A stretch of DNA of 60,000 nucleotides, taken from Lytechinus pictus (taxonomy: Eukaryota). Positions 38,901 to 50,566 of the stretch are shown here, piece after piece. The notes under the pieces were generated by a model that made no database searches, had not been told where the DNA came from, and saw only the letters and a list, made by a program, of their open reading frames with translations. Position 1 is the first letter of the stretch. Every line of letters begins with the position of its first letter. The stretch is taken from the NCBI RefSeq assembly GCF_037042905.1, contig NC_087245.1:7938001-7998000 (forward strand). The letters are read 5' to 3'. A program made the translations under genes and the position numbers.

Positions 38901-41900
38901 CAATCCAAATCAAGCATTGCCAGCTCTGGTCCCCGCTTTGTTTATGGTATTTGGACACATTCCTTTCGATGAGTAACTTTAACTTTGATGGAATCACAAT
39001 TAGTCCACTGGCGGATCCAGTTGGGGGGGGGGGGGGCAAGGGTCGGCCAGTGCCCTCCCCCTTTTGAGAGGCACAATTACCATTTGTAATCTTAAAATGC
39101 CGTTAAAGCAGAAGTGTACCACCAATTTTTTTGCTTGTCAATTTATTTCGTGGACGAAATATTATTATATTTAATTTTTTGTTTAAAATCTTATCTAAAT
39201 TTTATCTATTTTATTTTTGTGCTTGTCAAAATTTTCCTCGGGAAAATGTGCCCCTCCTTGAAAAGTCATGGATCCACCCCTGAATTAGTCTTCTAGAATT
39301 CTACAACACCATTGTTGTAGTTTGGTAAATAATTTTTAAGGCACTTTACAACACGTTCTTTATTCTATTCTTATTCATTTCATCTGATTATGATTCAAAC
39401 TTGAAACATAAATATCAAGAAAAAGAACTAACGCATATTTTAACGAGTGTAGAGCGACATTCAATAAAGTCTTCACATAGTTATTTCTATATCTCTGTTT
39501 ATTTTACCTGTGCTTGAACCTTCTTTGCGGTGTCAATATAGATTGTGGTCGAATTATCCATTAGATCGTCTGTAAAACTAGCAACATTGTCACCAATCCT
39601 TGCCAAAGTAACGTTTCCAGAGAGGATCCGACTTACTTTTTCAAGAAACAAAAGTAATAGAAAGCAAAAAAAGTATCAAGGACCAAAAAAAATCACATTA
39701 TATCAGCATGATCAGTACATGTACAAAGTCTTACATAGATATAATTTGATGGAAAGTTCTAAAAAAATACGAAAAATATATGAAAAAATATGAAAACGTT
39801 CTAAAAGAAAATAGAAGTGGAACTTATTGATGTTGTCAAAAACAAAGAAGACGTCAATCTCGGTGAAAGTGTGTGAAATGCAATCCTAGGAATGAAAAAT
39901 GTCATTACTAATGGACCATTTATTGTCTTTTGCAGTTCATGTAAAATTACAAATTCATTTAGCTAAACATAATGTCTGATATCTGTCAGCAGGTATGAAA
40001 TCATAATTATTGATTTGAATAATAGCAAAAGGGTAGGCATGGAGAGTGATATCAAACCAGCAAAAAATGACATTTGAATGAAAATAACCCGATTATAATA
40101 TGTAAATCATTGGTTTTGTGTTTGTTTCAATATGCTTGTACAAATGGAAGGATAGACGAATATTAACCTAATTAACATAGCACCCTTGCTCCATTGATAG
40201 TGATTGTGAATCCGGGAAACTAGAATTACCTGTTTGATTGCTTTCAACAGTTAGTACAAACTGAAATGTCTTGGACAGCACTCCATCTGTTGCATTTATC
40301 ACGATGTTGTTGACTTCATTTGATAAAACTCCTAATTGCGGTCCTTCTCCATTTACAAATATTGATTCATCTATTCCATCACCATAGAATGAGAAATTGT
40401 GGACAGTTAGGTCTTCGTTCAAGCGGTAATTAAAAGAAAGAAAGGATGTGCCTCCCGTAGAAACAGCTATTGCATCTATAACATCGACCGGCAATTCGGT
40501 CACTTTTTCAGAAAAAGAGGTTAGTGTAAAAAAGAAGGAAAATAGAAAATTAGAACTTTGGTAAGAATTAAATGTTATGTATCAAGGGAGTTTGCAATAC
40601 GTATTAGATTAATTGATAAATCACGGATAGAAATCATAGAAATTGGGTAAAAAATTATGATCTATTTAATCAGTAACTATCATGGTCTTACGGGAAGAAG
40701 TTGCAATCCAACCATCGCAAACGGAGGCCACGGGGCAGAGTCTTCCCGCGAGATTGGGAACAATGGTTGGATACAGTGAGAAACCGACTCAACCATACTT
40801 AAACCATGCTAACCAAGTTTTCCCTGCATTGAACCTAATATATGCAGCGAAATAAATGAATATGATCAGGCGGATTCTTGTGACGATATAATAATGTAAA
40901 CGATGCGGAGACTGTGAACTATATTATGAGGACTCTGAATCTCCAAATAAACATGTTTTGAAACCTATCAAACAGGACTCTCTGAATAGTGATATTATCT
41001 GATTATTGATACTCATGATGACTGCATAAACAATTCGTTATCTGAACATCTTAATTTTACCAACCCTCTTGATAGTATCGGAAATATATCTGGTTTTAAA
41101 ATTGTTCATCTAAATGCACAGAGTTTGTTCCAGATTCGAATACTTTTAGCTCAAAATGAAATCCAAACACTCGCAATCAGCGAGAGTTGGCTTCATGATG
41201 GGATTGATAATAATGAGATAAATATACCCGGTAATAGTATTGTACGCCATGATCGTCCCGGTAGGGATACTCATGGTGGTACTGCTTTTTATATGTCATA
41301 AGTTAAATTTCATATATTTGGACCTTGGTGATAGTTCCGTTGAATTCGAATCATGTTGGATTGAAATATCACCTAAAGAAAGTAATTCTTTTATAATTGG
41401 TGTTGTTTATTTTCCCAAAAAGAAAAACGAATATCTGCATCAATTAAAAAATATTATATCTGAAATAGATATGAACAATCGTGAGGTCGTGATCGTAGGA
41501 GATCTCAATTTTAATATATTTTGTGATAGTGATAAATCTAAGATAGATGACATGTGTTGCAAATTTCAGCTTTCCCAAATTGTAAATTCTCCTACTAGAA
41601 TCACTGAGAGGTCAAGTACATGCATTGATCTTGCATTGGTGTCACATCCAGAACGTGTGATAGCACATGTTATTCCGTATGGTCTCAGTGACCACTTTAT
41701 GCTATTCCTGAATAGGAAAATTAAGTATAAAACAGAAAATGTATGTAAAATTGTTAAGCTCCGAAATTATAAACACTTTGAAAATGAAAGTTCTTATGTG
41801 ACATGATGCTACGGCCATGGAATGAGGTACTTGAGTGTCAAGATGTAGATATTGCATGGAATATATGGAAAGGTCTTTTTGATGGCGTTTGCAACATTCA

Positions 41901-44900
41901 TGCTCCATTTCGATCAATTCGTATTCGTACTAAATACATGGCACCCTGGGTGACAAAGGAAATGATTGAACTAGGGAGACATAGAGATTATCTTTTCACA
42001 AATGCAAAAACCACCAATGATTGGAAGGAAGCTAAGCTAGTTAGAAACAAAGTTAACAACATGGGGAAATATTTGAAGAAACAATATTACAACAAAGAAG
42101 TGAAAGAAAACAAAAATAACATTAACCGATTATAGAATGTGACAAAAAAAGCTGCTTCCATTCGGAAATCAAATACTTTACCCTTAGCAGATAACAAAGT
42201 AGACAAACAATTTTAACGACCACTTTACTCAAATTGGAGCAAACTAGGCCAAAAGTTTTGTTCGTGATTGCCAGGTTTTGTCAGTTAATCATGGCAACAA
42301 TGATTCACTTTTCAAATTCCAACCGATATCTACGTCTTTTGTTGAAAAACAAATTCGTGTCATGCCAAGTAAGAAAGCAATGGGGATTGACAATATAACA
42401 TGTAAGCTCCTGAAAGCTGCCTGCGCCGGCCGGCCCATACTCCCTTCGTTAACACACATAATAAATGTTTCTCTTTCATCACGAAAATTTCCAGAAGAAT
42501 GGAAACTTGCGATAGTTACACCGCTATTCAAGGACGGAAATCGTAACTTAATTGAAAACTATAGACCGATTTCGGTCTTACCATTGGTATCTAAATTACT
42601 GGAAAGAGCGGTCCACAACCAGTTGTATGATTTTTTGCAAAATTCAAATTTCCTATACCCGCAGCAGTCAGGTTTCAGGCCGAGGCACTCGACTCAATCC
42701 ACCGTACTTGATGTAACTGATTTTGTATTAACTAATATGAATGATGGTCTTGTTACTGGTGCACTATTTATCGATCTCAAGAAAGCGTTCGACACTGTAG
42801 ATCACGCGATTTTATTGGATATTTTAAGAAATGCGGGCGTGAGAAATTTTGAATATGAATGGTTTAAATCATATCTCACTAACATGAAACAAAAGGTAAT
42901 AGTGGATGATAAATTATCTAATATGAGAGCTATTCAATATGGAGTCCCCCAAGGCTCAATTTTAGGGCCATTGCTGTTTATCATGTACATAAATACTCTT
43001 CCTAAATCATTATCAGGTATCGAATGTAAAATCAACATGTATGCAGATGACGCAGTCTTACTTTTCAAAGCCAGGTCACCTAATGAACTAGAATCAAATA
43101 TGAAAGCCGGATTAGAAGAAGTGTGTAATTGGTTATAACTCATAAGTTAACACTAAATACTAGTAAAACAAAATACATGATACTTGGATCCAAACAGCGA
43201 CTCAATAATTTCAAAAATGTTGAGATTTCTATTGGAAATAAGGAAATTGAGAGAGTATCCAATTTTAAGTATCTAGGTGTTATACTCGATGAAAATTTGA
43301 CATACGAAAGGCACATAGATCACATTGCTAAAAAGATTTCGAGAAAAATTGGATTTCTACGTCGATCCGCAAAGCCTTATATCCCTGATGATATTTTCAA
43401 ACTACTCTGTAATGCTTTGATCATGCCCCAATTTGATTATTGTGACATAGTTTGGTCTAATTCCTCTCTCGGCCTCCTTGATAGACTTACCAAATTGCAT
43501 AACAGAATGGCAAGGATGATGATTTATTTTCCGTTCTAAAATGGAAAGATCTCTTTCCCAGACGGCATTTCCATCGAATGTGTGAAGTATTTAAATGTGT
43601 TAATTGTATTTCTCCCCCATATTCAAGTGAATGGTTTATTAAACATAATTATGATATAAGAACTAGATCAATGTCCACTGCATCTCTGCAGGTAAACAGT
43701 GCTCCTCTACATAATAATAGTGGCAAGAGGACTTTTCAGTACATCGGGACCACAGAATGGAATAATCTTAGGAAAGATCAACGCCAGGCTATTCCGTTTC
43801 ATCCATTCATTCCGTGCCTCGTTTAACAAATGAATAATTGATAAGCCTTGCAACGAAGAGGAGTAACATTGCGTTATTCAATCATATTCATATTCTAACT
43901 TGGCAAACATTACAATCTCTACTCAAATTATTACCAATCAAGTGAACATAACTCTGTCACCAGTCATCCATCCTTTTCCCGTTAAATCGTATGCAGCAGT
44001 TTCCAATAGCCTTTTCTTTTTCCTTTGTTTCTTGAAATTCAATGTTGATCTTTTATTAGATTGTATTTTTAATGTTTTTATTTGTTGTTTTAGTGTATGC
44101 CATTTTGATTTATGTATTCGTTCTTTGTAAATATTGTACATATTGATTTTTATCTCAGGGCCCTCAAGGACAGCAGTTTGTTAACTGATGAGGCCACCCT
44201 GATTAAATAAAACTGAAAATAAAAATAAAAAAATAAAAAAAATAAAAAAATAAATAAATAAAATAATTACTTGACACTACGTGACACATACAACATGTCA
44301 TCGAATATTGTAGTTCATTATCCACTAGCTTGCTAGGGGAAATGAGCACATATTTTAACATAGTAACGGTAACCCCACAAAAGTATAAGCCTACAGCTTT
44401 GAAAAAAAGGTAAAGTTTCATCACTCAAAATTGACAGAAGTCATGAATTCTAAAAAAAAAAAATCCCCTCCAATGACAACATTACATTGTAGGGGATTTC
44501 AGAAGGCATGATTTCCGTCCATCTCGTTTTTAAAGATTACTGGTGGGTGTTTCATAAAGCTGTTCGTAAAGTTACGCACAACTATTTACGCACGACTGTA
44601 ACATGTTCTTAGGTCATATATCAATTATACAGGGATATCATTTTGCACAAGAAAGCTAGGATCACCAGTCGTGCGTAAAGTCATTCGTATCTTACGAACA
44701 GGCGCGTAGCCAGGGGGGGTGGCGGTGGTGGCGGTCGCCCCCCCCCCCAAAAAAAAAAAACGTCAACAAAAAGAAAAGAAAGAAGGGAAAAAAGGAAAAG
44801 GGAAGGGAGGAAAGGGAAGAAAGGTAGCTTTGTCGGGTTTTTTTTCTTTTTATTCTTTATTTTTTTTCTCAGAAGAAACTCCTTCACTTTTGCTCTAAAT

Positions 44901-46584
44901 TTATATATGCATTTTGCTTCCGCGCGGTTAAATGACAATATTGAAGTTCTCCATTGTTTCCCCCACCCTTTCTCTAACCCTGATTTTCCACCTCAGCTAT
45001 ATGTGTTTCTTGCCAGTTAAAGTTCAAATGTATAGATTAAGGCATGGAATTAGAGTAAGGTTAGGCCGAAGTATATATATTAAGTTATCTTTTTTTTAAT
45101 TGATCGCGCAACTTCTGGTCGGGTCGGCTCCGGGCGGGTAAAATCTTTATATCAATTTCTGCCGTCACCTCCATAAAGTCAACTTCTCCCGCTTTTCAGG
45201 TCATTACTAAACAACCATAATTTGGGGCAAACAGGTTCCTAATTTAAAAAGAGGAATGTATAAAATTCGTGTCGTATTAAATAAAAAAGTACAATATTTT
45301 TTTTTCAAATTCTATTAATCTTCATGTTATTTCCCTGCACATTCATCTCCTGTCCTGTTTTGCGCCCTCAGTTTGAAATTTGGAATGACACTTAGGTTTC
45401 TTTATAATTCAAAATGAAGCGCTTCAGGATAAGTCAAAGAAATTAGGCATCCTTTTTTATATAATTTTAATAAATCACAGAAGTTTCAACTTTTTGCCCA
45501 CTACTTTCCTTGTAATGAAGTTCAATAATCTTAGGAAATCAATTGAATTAGAGCCGATGGGGTATTAGATATATCTGCATTTGATGAAACGTCCGCCCTT
45601 TGAAATTTCAGAGTTTTATTACTCTGCGCGGGGAGGAATATCTTCCTCCCGGCATATACACTTCTTCTCCTCTGTTTTGCGAGTTAAAGATATGCACTGT
45701 CGCTAAATTGTTTGTAATCAAATCTGATCTTTCCAAGGGAAGTATTCAATATATCTTTGAGAATACCCTTTTCTCGGGACCCTTTTCATGGCAAAAAATT
45801 GATAAAACGCTTTAGCTTCCGCGCTTCGCGCGGAGTTATTATGATTTTAATTTCCTCCATTGTATTCCTTTTTGTGCGTTCACAATCACTTTTGAAAGCA
45901 AGGTTCAAAATCACAATATAGTCAACTGAATTGGAGCTGATATAGGTACTAGAGACAAGAGAGACGGCTCCTTTTCATTTTAATTTATGAAACACCAAAA
46001 GCTTCGCGCGGGAGGGGGAAACTCCCCCTCCCTCCACCCACCCCCTAGGGAGCGCGCTTTGCGCGCTCTGTAAGTGTTGGGTTGGGACGCTTCGCGTGCA
46101 TTTACCGCCCCCTCCAAAATGAAATCCTGGCTACGCGGTTGCTTACGAACAGCTTTATGAAACACCCACCTGTTGTGAATTTTGTCTGGAAACATAATTT
46201 ACATTGGATTTGTACTTCTCGGCATTCTCTGGTTCACATGTTAATACCATGAATACGGAATTAACGGGAAAACATCTGGGGAGGGGCTTTATGCCCCCTT
46301 CCAGTATTGTTTAAGGGTGAATCTGTGACATAAATCACAGCTTTACTCACTTTGTATATCGATATAGCAGATTGCGTTATTGATATTCCCTGCTAAGTCT
46401 GTAACATTCACTGATACTTCATTGATGCCGAGATCCAACCTTTGACCTGGTCTCTTTGGAGCATAATTTACCAGAAGAGACGATTGCTCATCAACGTTAT
46501 CAGAAACGATCACATCATAATTGGATACAACGTTGCCAAGCAGAATGGTTTGATTGGAACACGTTATATTGGGTGGTTGATCAT
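18964..46584 (-). CDS. Multi-exon, 5'-partial gene for a HYR / cadherin-like / SEA / EGF single-pass membrane (mucin-like) protein
   Basis: Ten GT-AG exons with compatible phases: 46584-46351, 40502-40230, 39635-39508, 37000-36778, 36196-36124, 35343-35297, 33031-32843, 32102-31933, 27296-27156, 19047-18964; 1562 nt open to TAG. Confidence 0.8.
19223..20461 (-). mobile_element. PIF/Harbinger deletion derivative, copy 1
   Basis: TTA|GGCTGGGTTCACATAGAAGTATAC ... GTATACTTCTATGTGAACCCAGCC|TTA. Confidence 0.9.
20477..21558 (+). mobile_element. PIF/Harbinger deletion derivative, copy 2, inverted relative to copy 1
   Basis: Same TIRs, followed by TTA; carries a transposase N-terminus. Confidence 0.9.
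20596..20781 (+). pseudogene. Harbinger-type transposase N-terminal remnant
   Basis: MDTSTSDEEDLALLLLAEE...KKRRTVWVRQHFQMRPVLGEFHTTFQNL...DEKVFFNF matches typical Harbinger transposase N-termini; cut by an internal deletion. Confidence 0.75.
21957..22754 (+). pseudogene. DIRS gag-like ORF with CCHC knuckle (one stop plus frameshifts)
   Basis: [55 protein letters not shown]. Confidence 0.85.
23124..25126 (+). pseudogene. DIRS pol: reverse transcriptase, RNase H, Dam-like methyltransferase (frameshifted)
   Basis: GKKRLILDLR, FDLKSGYHH, VVVFLDDG; FSDAS, SSTWRELK, FTDN, NQEADALSR; WGPHTVDRFA...DAF...WLVPP...VVPSWPSAPFWP. Confidence 0.92.
25370..26639 (+). pseudogene. DIRS tyrosine recombinase, disrupted by stops, frameshifts and a SINE
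   Basis: SRAESTVKKY; RFDELSNI; KSKTDQFREG; HSLRAGGATAAA; RHGRWASDSSKDRY. Confidence 0.92.
26167..26477 (+). mobile_element. tRNA-derived SINE inserted in the YR gene
   Basis: Box A TGGCCCAGTGG, box B GGTTCGAATCC, core CCCAGGTGAGGTGAATGGGTACC, (ATT)n tail; relative at 48122-48406. Confidence 0.9.
27156..27296 (-). CDS. Host gene cytoplasmic exon (HNRMTRAVQGRVESLSHILSEIIRYRWDSAITTKPNQRPTTYKVIGL)
   Basis: ttaatag acceptor, gtaaat donor, 141 nt, phase 0-0, no stop. Confidence 0.6.
27682..28215. mobile_element. Poly-G-started non-autonomous element, right end degraded
   Basis: CCGGAGGGGGGGGG start, similar in style to the CCCG class; repeated TTAGGG/AAGGGT motifs. Confidence 0.4.
28300..30640 (-). 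mobile_element. Degenerate I/Nimb-clade LINE (RT plus RNase H), interrupted at about 29240-30100
   Basis: SYRPISLTSLLCKLIE; FLDLQKAYD; reverse strand LYTDAS, ILSDSSSALEAI, WVPAHCGLAGNE. Confidence 0.8.
30645..31205. repeat. Degenerate minisatellite of about 120 bp
   Basis: CCCCTCACGAACGT...CCCTTTCACCTG...GACCCGTTTTATGTG repeated about 5 times. Confidence 0.75.
31933..32102 (-). CDS. Host gene cytoplasmic exon (GKPIVRHNEQEETKMDYSYWNYAM...STRRSP)
   Basis: ttattgtacatag acceptor, gtaggt donor, phase 1-0. Confidence 0.75.
32194..32408. mobile_element. CACT-terminated palindromic MITE
   Basis: TA|CACTCTAAAAA; internal IR GGGTAAAAAGGGAACATGCAT / ATGCATGTTCCCATTTTACCC. Confidence 0.6.
32843..33031 (-). 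CDS. Host gene transmembrane exon
   Basis: PNLVGIIVGTTTSALFLIIVTISLVMIAVRNRMIR (hydrophobic helix then basic residues); atcag / gttggt, phase 1-1. Confidence 0.85.
33512..33759. mobile_element. CACT MITE, reverse copy of 15494-15753
   Basis: Reverse-complement homology and TA flanks. Confidence 0.7.
34020..35019 (+). mobile_element. CAC...GTG-terminated (EnSpm/CACTA-like) deletion derivative with promoter-like motifs and a first-exon remnant
   Basis: TA|CACACACAAAA ... TTCTGTGTGTG|TA, subterminal repeats, internal SAM-like exon 34341-34407. Confidence 0.55.
35297..35343 (-). CDS. Host gene exon, EGF C-terminal half (RCTDDWTGDRCEIPNA)
   Basis: catag / gtgagt, phase 2-1; completes CxCxxxWxGxRC. 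Confidence 0.88.
35712..35960. repeat. (AGT)n microsatellite with AAC interruptions
   Basis: Seen directly. Confidence 0.97.
36124..36196 (-). CDS. Host gene exon, EGF N-terminal half (PCGHIICENDGICITNDGSEPIC)
   Basis: ttattcag / gtaaga, phase 1-2. Confidence 0.88.
36778..37000 (-). CDS. Host gene exon, SEA domain C-terminal part
   Basis: LDMVFRNTSGFIASRVTSFRPGSVIAVFILIY contains the SEA GSVxV-type motif; phase 0-1, gtgagt donor. Confidence 0.9.
37318..38698. mobile_element. Tc1/mariner-type MITE with long (about 280 bp) TIRs
   Basis: TA|CAGTGCGTATCAAAAAAAAACGGGACAGATTTG ... CAAATCTGTCCCGTTTTTTTTGATACGCACTG|TA. Confidence 0.88.
39006..39282. mobile_element. hAT-like MITE with 8-bp TSD
   Basis: AATTAGTC|CACTGGCGGATCCA ... 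TGGATCCACCCCTG|AATTAGTC. Confidence 0.85.
39508..39635 (-). CDS. Host gene exon, SEA domain N-terminal part
   Basis: SRILSGNVTLARIGDNVASFTDDLMDNSTTIYIDTAKKVQAQ; aag / gtaaaa, phase 1-0. Confidence 0.85.
40230..40502 (-). CDS. Host gene exon, cadherin/Ig-like beta-sandwich domain
   Basis: ...NNIVINATDGVLSKTFQFVLTV; 273 nt, phase 1-1, CTAAC branch-like motif upstream. Confidence 0.75.
40815..44215 (+). mobile_element. CR1-group (L2/Crack-like) LINE with APE and RT, degenerate
   Basis: VHLNAQSL, LAISESWL, IVGDLN, PTRITERSSTCIDL, SDH; NYRPISVLP, DLKKAFDTVDH, GVPQGSILGP, MYADD; 3' stem CAGGG...CCCTG then AATAAA and A-rich tail; 5' boundary approximate. Confidence 0.93.
44543..46169. mobile_element. 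Harbinger-like MITE with CTG target duplication, split by a hAT-like insertion
   Basis: CTG|GTGGGTGTTTCATAAAGCTGTTCGTAA ... TTACGAACAGCTTTATGAAACACCCAC|CTG. Confidence 0.75.
44699..46141. mobile_element. hAT-like non-autonomous element with perfect 8-bp TSD
   Basis: CTTACGAA|CAGGCGCGTAGCCAGG ... CCTGGCTACGCGGTTG|CTTACGAA. Confidence 0.88.
46351..46584 (-). CDS. Host gene exon, HYR (hyalin repeat) domain
   Basis: DDQPPNITC...VSDNVD...LDLGINEVSVNVTDLAGNINNAICYIDI; ggcag / gtgagt, phase 1-1. Confidence 0.88.
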
Positions 46585-46832
46585 CTGCCAAAACGAAACG
46601 AAAAGTGCATTTCATTTTTTTAGATATTTAATATCAGCAATATTGAAATTACGATCGTCTAAACGGTGGCAGAGGCAGGATAATGCAGAAAAAGGGACAC
46701 AGACAGACAGACAGACAGACATAGAAAGAGGGAGAGAGAGAATGAGAGCGAGGGAAGGTGTGGAGATCGAAAAAAGAGACCACCTGAAATGAGATATCAT
46801 TCTTTTATCAATCGAATAGTATGGGTATCAAT

Positions 46833-47634
46833 CAGGGGCGTCGATCCATTTTTCAGATTGGGGGGGGGGGACAAAATCATGAATCAACGTTCCAAAGGCG
46901 CTCGATCACACAAAACGAACAAACTCACCCACACACACCCCTACACATACACATAGGCCTATATTATATTTATACAGATGACTCATGAGAAAGAGACACG
47001 TATCTCACCAACAAATTAATGCGAGCGCGAAGCGCGAGCTGAATTTTTTTAGTATACTGACATGAAAACATGAAAAGGTACCTGTTTAGGACTGCTTGTA
47101 GTAACTCATGAGGAGGATAGATACATGAATCTCACTACACAGATAATGCGAGTGCCGAGAGCGAGCTGAAATTTCTTTTTATTCTGACCTGAAAGCTTGA
47201 TATTCTAAGCATTTTTGGTACCAATGATTAAGATGGGTATCTAAAAGAACAATAGATGCGAGCGCGAAGCGTGAGATGAAAAATTTGATATCTCAATCTG
47301 AAAAAAAATGGCAGTTTAATGGACGTTTTTAATAAAGAACAAGATATATATCCAACAAAAGATTGCAAATCGAAGCGGGATTCACCTATTTAATCATAAA
47401 AAGTATGGGTTTTTGCTACAGAAATGATGCGAGCGCGAAGCGCGAGCTGAAATTTTTTATATTCCAATCTGAAAAGCGCACATTTTGAGCACGATTTTAA
47501 ATAAAGAACGAGTTGGTATCTAAATCTCGCTTGCTGATTTTTGTGTAACATTACAATCTTATTTTATTTTTACACATGCGGAATTATTCATTGGTGGGGC
47601 GATCGCCCCCCTGCCCCCAGGATCAACGCCTCTG
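46833..47634 (+). mobile_element. hAT-like MITE with GCGAAGC motif array
   Basis: GTATCAAT|CAGGGGCGTCGATCC ... GGATCAACGCCTCTG|ATATCAAT (TSD matches 7 of 8). Confidence 0.82.
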
Positions 47635-48065
47635 ATATCAATGACTTATATGACACAGAAATATATCTGATACTATTTTTTCTTCCATTTTCATCCCTTT
47701 TATCCCCCCACTATTTAAAAAGAAAAACCGATAAGAGGAGTTGCCACCCCAAATGGACAACTTTCTTTCCTCTGTGAGTTGTAGGACCGGTTGCTTAGTG
47801 TCAGACTTACGATATTTTAGCCTAAAGAATTCCAAGGTTAAATGATCAAGATGAAGTGATAAGTGATGTCCCATCCCCCTTTTGTTTGTTGGTGGGTTTT
47901 TATTTTTTCTTTGCAATGTGTCTCTTTTTTAGAAGATGGTTTTATATACGTTAAACGGGGTGTTAATCCTACCTGTACTCAGAGAATAGAAAACTAGAAC
48001 TAGATATTATTGGCAGTATTCTTCAAATGCCTTCATATGAATATATATGTGTGTATACAGAGTAT

Positions 48066-48118
<53 letters not shown>

Positions 48119-48121
48119 TAT

Positions 48122-48406
48122 ATAATAATAATAATACCAACATGCTTATAGCGCATATAACTGCCAAATGCGTCCCTATGTGCTCAATTCGATATTATTA
48201 CCCTGGCTTTAGCCCCGCGGCCTTTTACAGCGCGGTGGCAGTTCAAGGAATAAATTCCTGCCAGGTACCCATTTACCTCACCTCGGTTTAGTGCAGCACA
48301 ATATGTATAAATTTCTTGCCGAAGGAAATTACGGAATGGCTGGGATTCGAACCCAAGACCCTCTATTTCAAAGTCAGAAGACTAATCCAATGGGTGACAA
48401 CGCTCC
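48122..48406 (-). mobile_element. tRNA-derived SINE, same family as 26167-26477
   Basis: Reverse-strand box A/B and core; ATT tail merges into (TA)n. Confidence 0.85.
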
Positions 48407-49623
48407 ACAAACCAAACGGGAGAAATCCTCATTACTACATTATCAAGCATCATGAAGCAGGGATATTATCTTCAACGTCTACCACCTTCGTGATTCCACA
48501 TAGCCAGAACAAGTATTATGGAGATCGGGTTTTTAGATAGACTTTCAAGCACTTTCGGGAATATGAACAAGTCTTGAGACATTCAAATCAAGTGTCAAAC
48601 AATACATATTCTCACAATTAAGTTTGAATGTTAGATGAATAAGGAACAAACTTAAACGCAGTCAGATATATAGATGGTGTAAACAACAAAAAGTTGATAT
48701 ACTGTTTTTGCAAGAAACCTACTGGACTGAATAATTTGAAACCATTATCAATACGGAATGGAGAGGAAAATCTTTCTTTTCACATGGTACCAATCATTCG
48801 TGCGGTGTTGCTGTTCTTAAAGTGACATACTTGTTTTAAAAGGTAGATTCACAAAATGATGGAAGGACTTTACTCCTTGATGTCATGATAGAAGGTTACA
48901 GATATGTTTAAGTCAATGTATATGCACCTACTGAAAGAAAAAAGAGAGAACATTTCCTAGTGAAAATGTAAAAGTGGTTATAAGGTTTCCACTTTGGCGA
49001 GTTGGAGTTGAGAGTCATACGCGAGCTGCGTGAGCTCTAACTCGTCTTAACTCGCACAAGCTCGCGTGAAATTTACATTTTTTTCTGGAATTTGCTTGAG
49101 TGGCAAAAGACTCAACATCGAGTTCACTATGCTCGCTGTACGAGTGAACCGAGCGCGAAACGAGTCACACCGAGCTTATTAGTATGAGTTGCACCGGGAG
49201 TTGCAGTGATCTTTACACGACTTAAAGCGAGCTATGAACGAGTTATCAAGATTTTGTTACGAGTGATAAGAGTTTTATACTACCAAGGGTCGGGAAATGC
49301 ACATTTTTGGCACTCAAAGATGGATGCCGGCGGCGGCGGCGTCAACACCAATTCTTAACCGAAGGTTAAGTTTTTGAAATGACATCATAACTTAGAAAAT
49401 ATATGAACCTAGTTCATGAAACTAGGATATAAGGTTATTAAAGTATTATTTAACATCCTGCTTGAGTTTCAAGTCACATGACTAAGGTCAACGGTAATTT
49501 AGGGTCAATGGACTTTGGCCAATTGGGGGTATTTGATGTAGGTGAGACTACCAGAGGAGCTCCACTTGGACCTGGTCTAGTTTGGTGTCTTGTTCTTTTA
49601 CCTGGCTCTGCTCTCACTTTAAA

Positions 49624-50498
49624 ATAAACTCCTCAAAAAAGGTTTGGAAATATGAATTTGATCGATAATTCCTCATCGGTTTTAGTAAATATCAATGTGT
49701 AATTTATATCAACGAAAAGATCATTTAATTTTCTTTAAAATGATACCCTACATGATATGATTATGGTTCACATGGAGGTGCAGTGCCTTGAAATGTGGGG
49801 CAAGGTCAAAATTAAAAAGCGGCAAAATGACACAATATTGAAAGTCACTGTTCTTTTCTTCCATGGTGATGAGTGAGTTTCTCAGCGGTTTCTTTCAGTT
49901 GTTTTCATGCACCTTAACATCAACATCAAAATGGAATCAAACACACCTCTGCACAAGCAAACACATAACAAACAAGCCATCACTACATAAACCACAACAG
50001 AACATAAAATATGAAGAAGCAGAATGGATTTTCATCTCTATTGACACTGACAAAAGAATCATGATCTGTATTGACCCTTCATGACTATTTCTGTTCGTTT
50101 TGCACCTTTTCAATTCAGACCTCATCCAACAATTTTGAATTTTGCTCTTTTTTTATGGCATGATCATAACAAGCATGGTATTATTTTAAAGAGAATCAAA
50201 TGATCTTTTGAAAGATATCAAATATCCATTGTGTAAAATTTGGAGTTGGGAGAAATTAATGACCAAACTCAGATTTCCAAACTTTTTTTGCTCGTTTTGC
50301 AGCTTTTCAATTCAGACTTCATCCAACACTTTTGAATCCTGCTCTTTTCGTGATGACATGATCATAACAAGCATGGTATCATTGTAAAGAAAATTGAATG
50401 ATCTTTTAAATGATGTCAAATATGCATCGTGTAAAATTTGGAGTTGGGAGAAATTAATGGCCAAACTCAGATTTCCAAAAAAAAATTGAGGGGTTTAT
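49624..50498. mobile_element. Nested TIR element with an internal duplication of about 200 bp
   Basis: ATAAACTCCTCAAAAAAAGGTTTGGAAAT / ATTTCCAAAAAAAAATTGAGGGGTTTAT; 50095-50285 resembles 50292-50480. Confidence 0.55.
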
Positions 50499-50566
50499 AT
50501 GTGGGAAAATATAGATCACTGGACATTTATCATATCATTCAGCTGGCATGTCAATGAGCACTTGCA

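Noticed and set aside
44155..44220. Hammerhead ribozyme (CTGATGA present)
   Set aside because: No correctly placed GAAA and stems; it matches a LINE 3' terminal stem-loop
47972..48033. Signal-peptide first exon of the host gene (donor CAG|gtagga)
   Set aside because: In-frame TAA between the ATG and the hydrophobic stretch; no support
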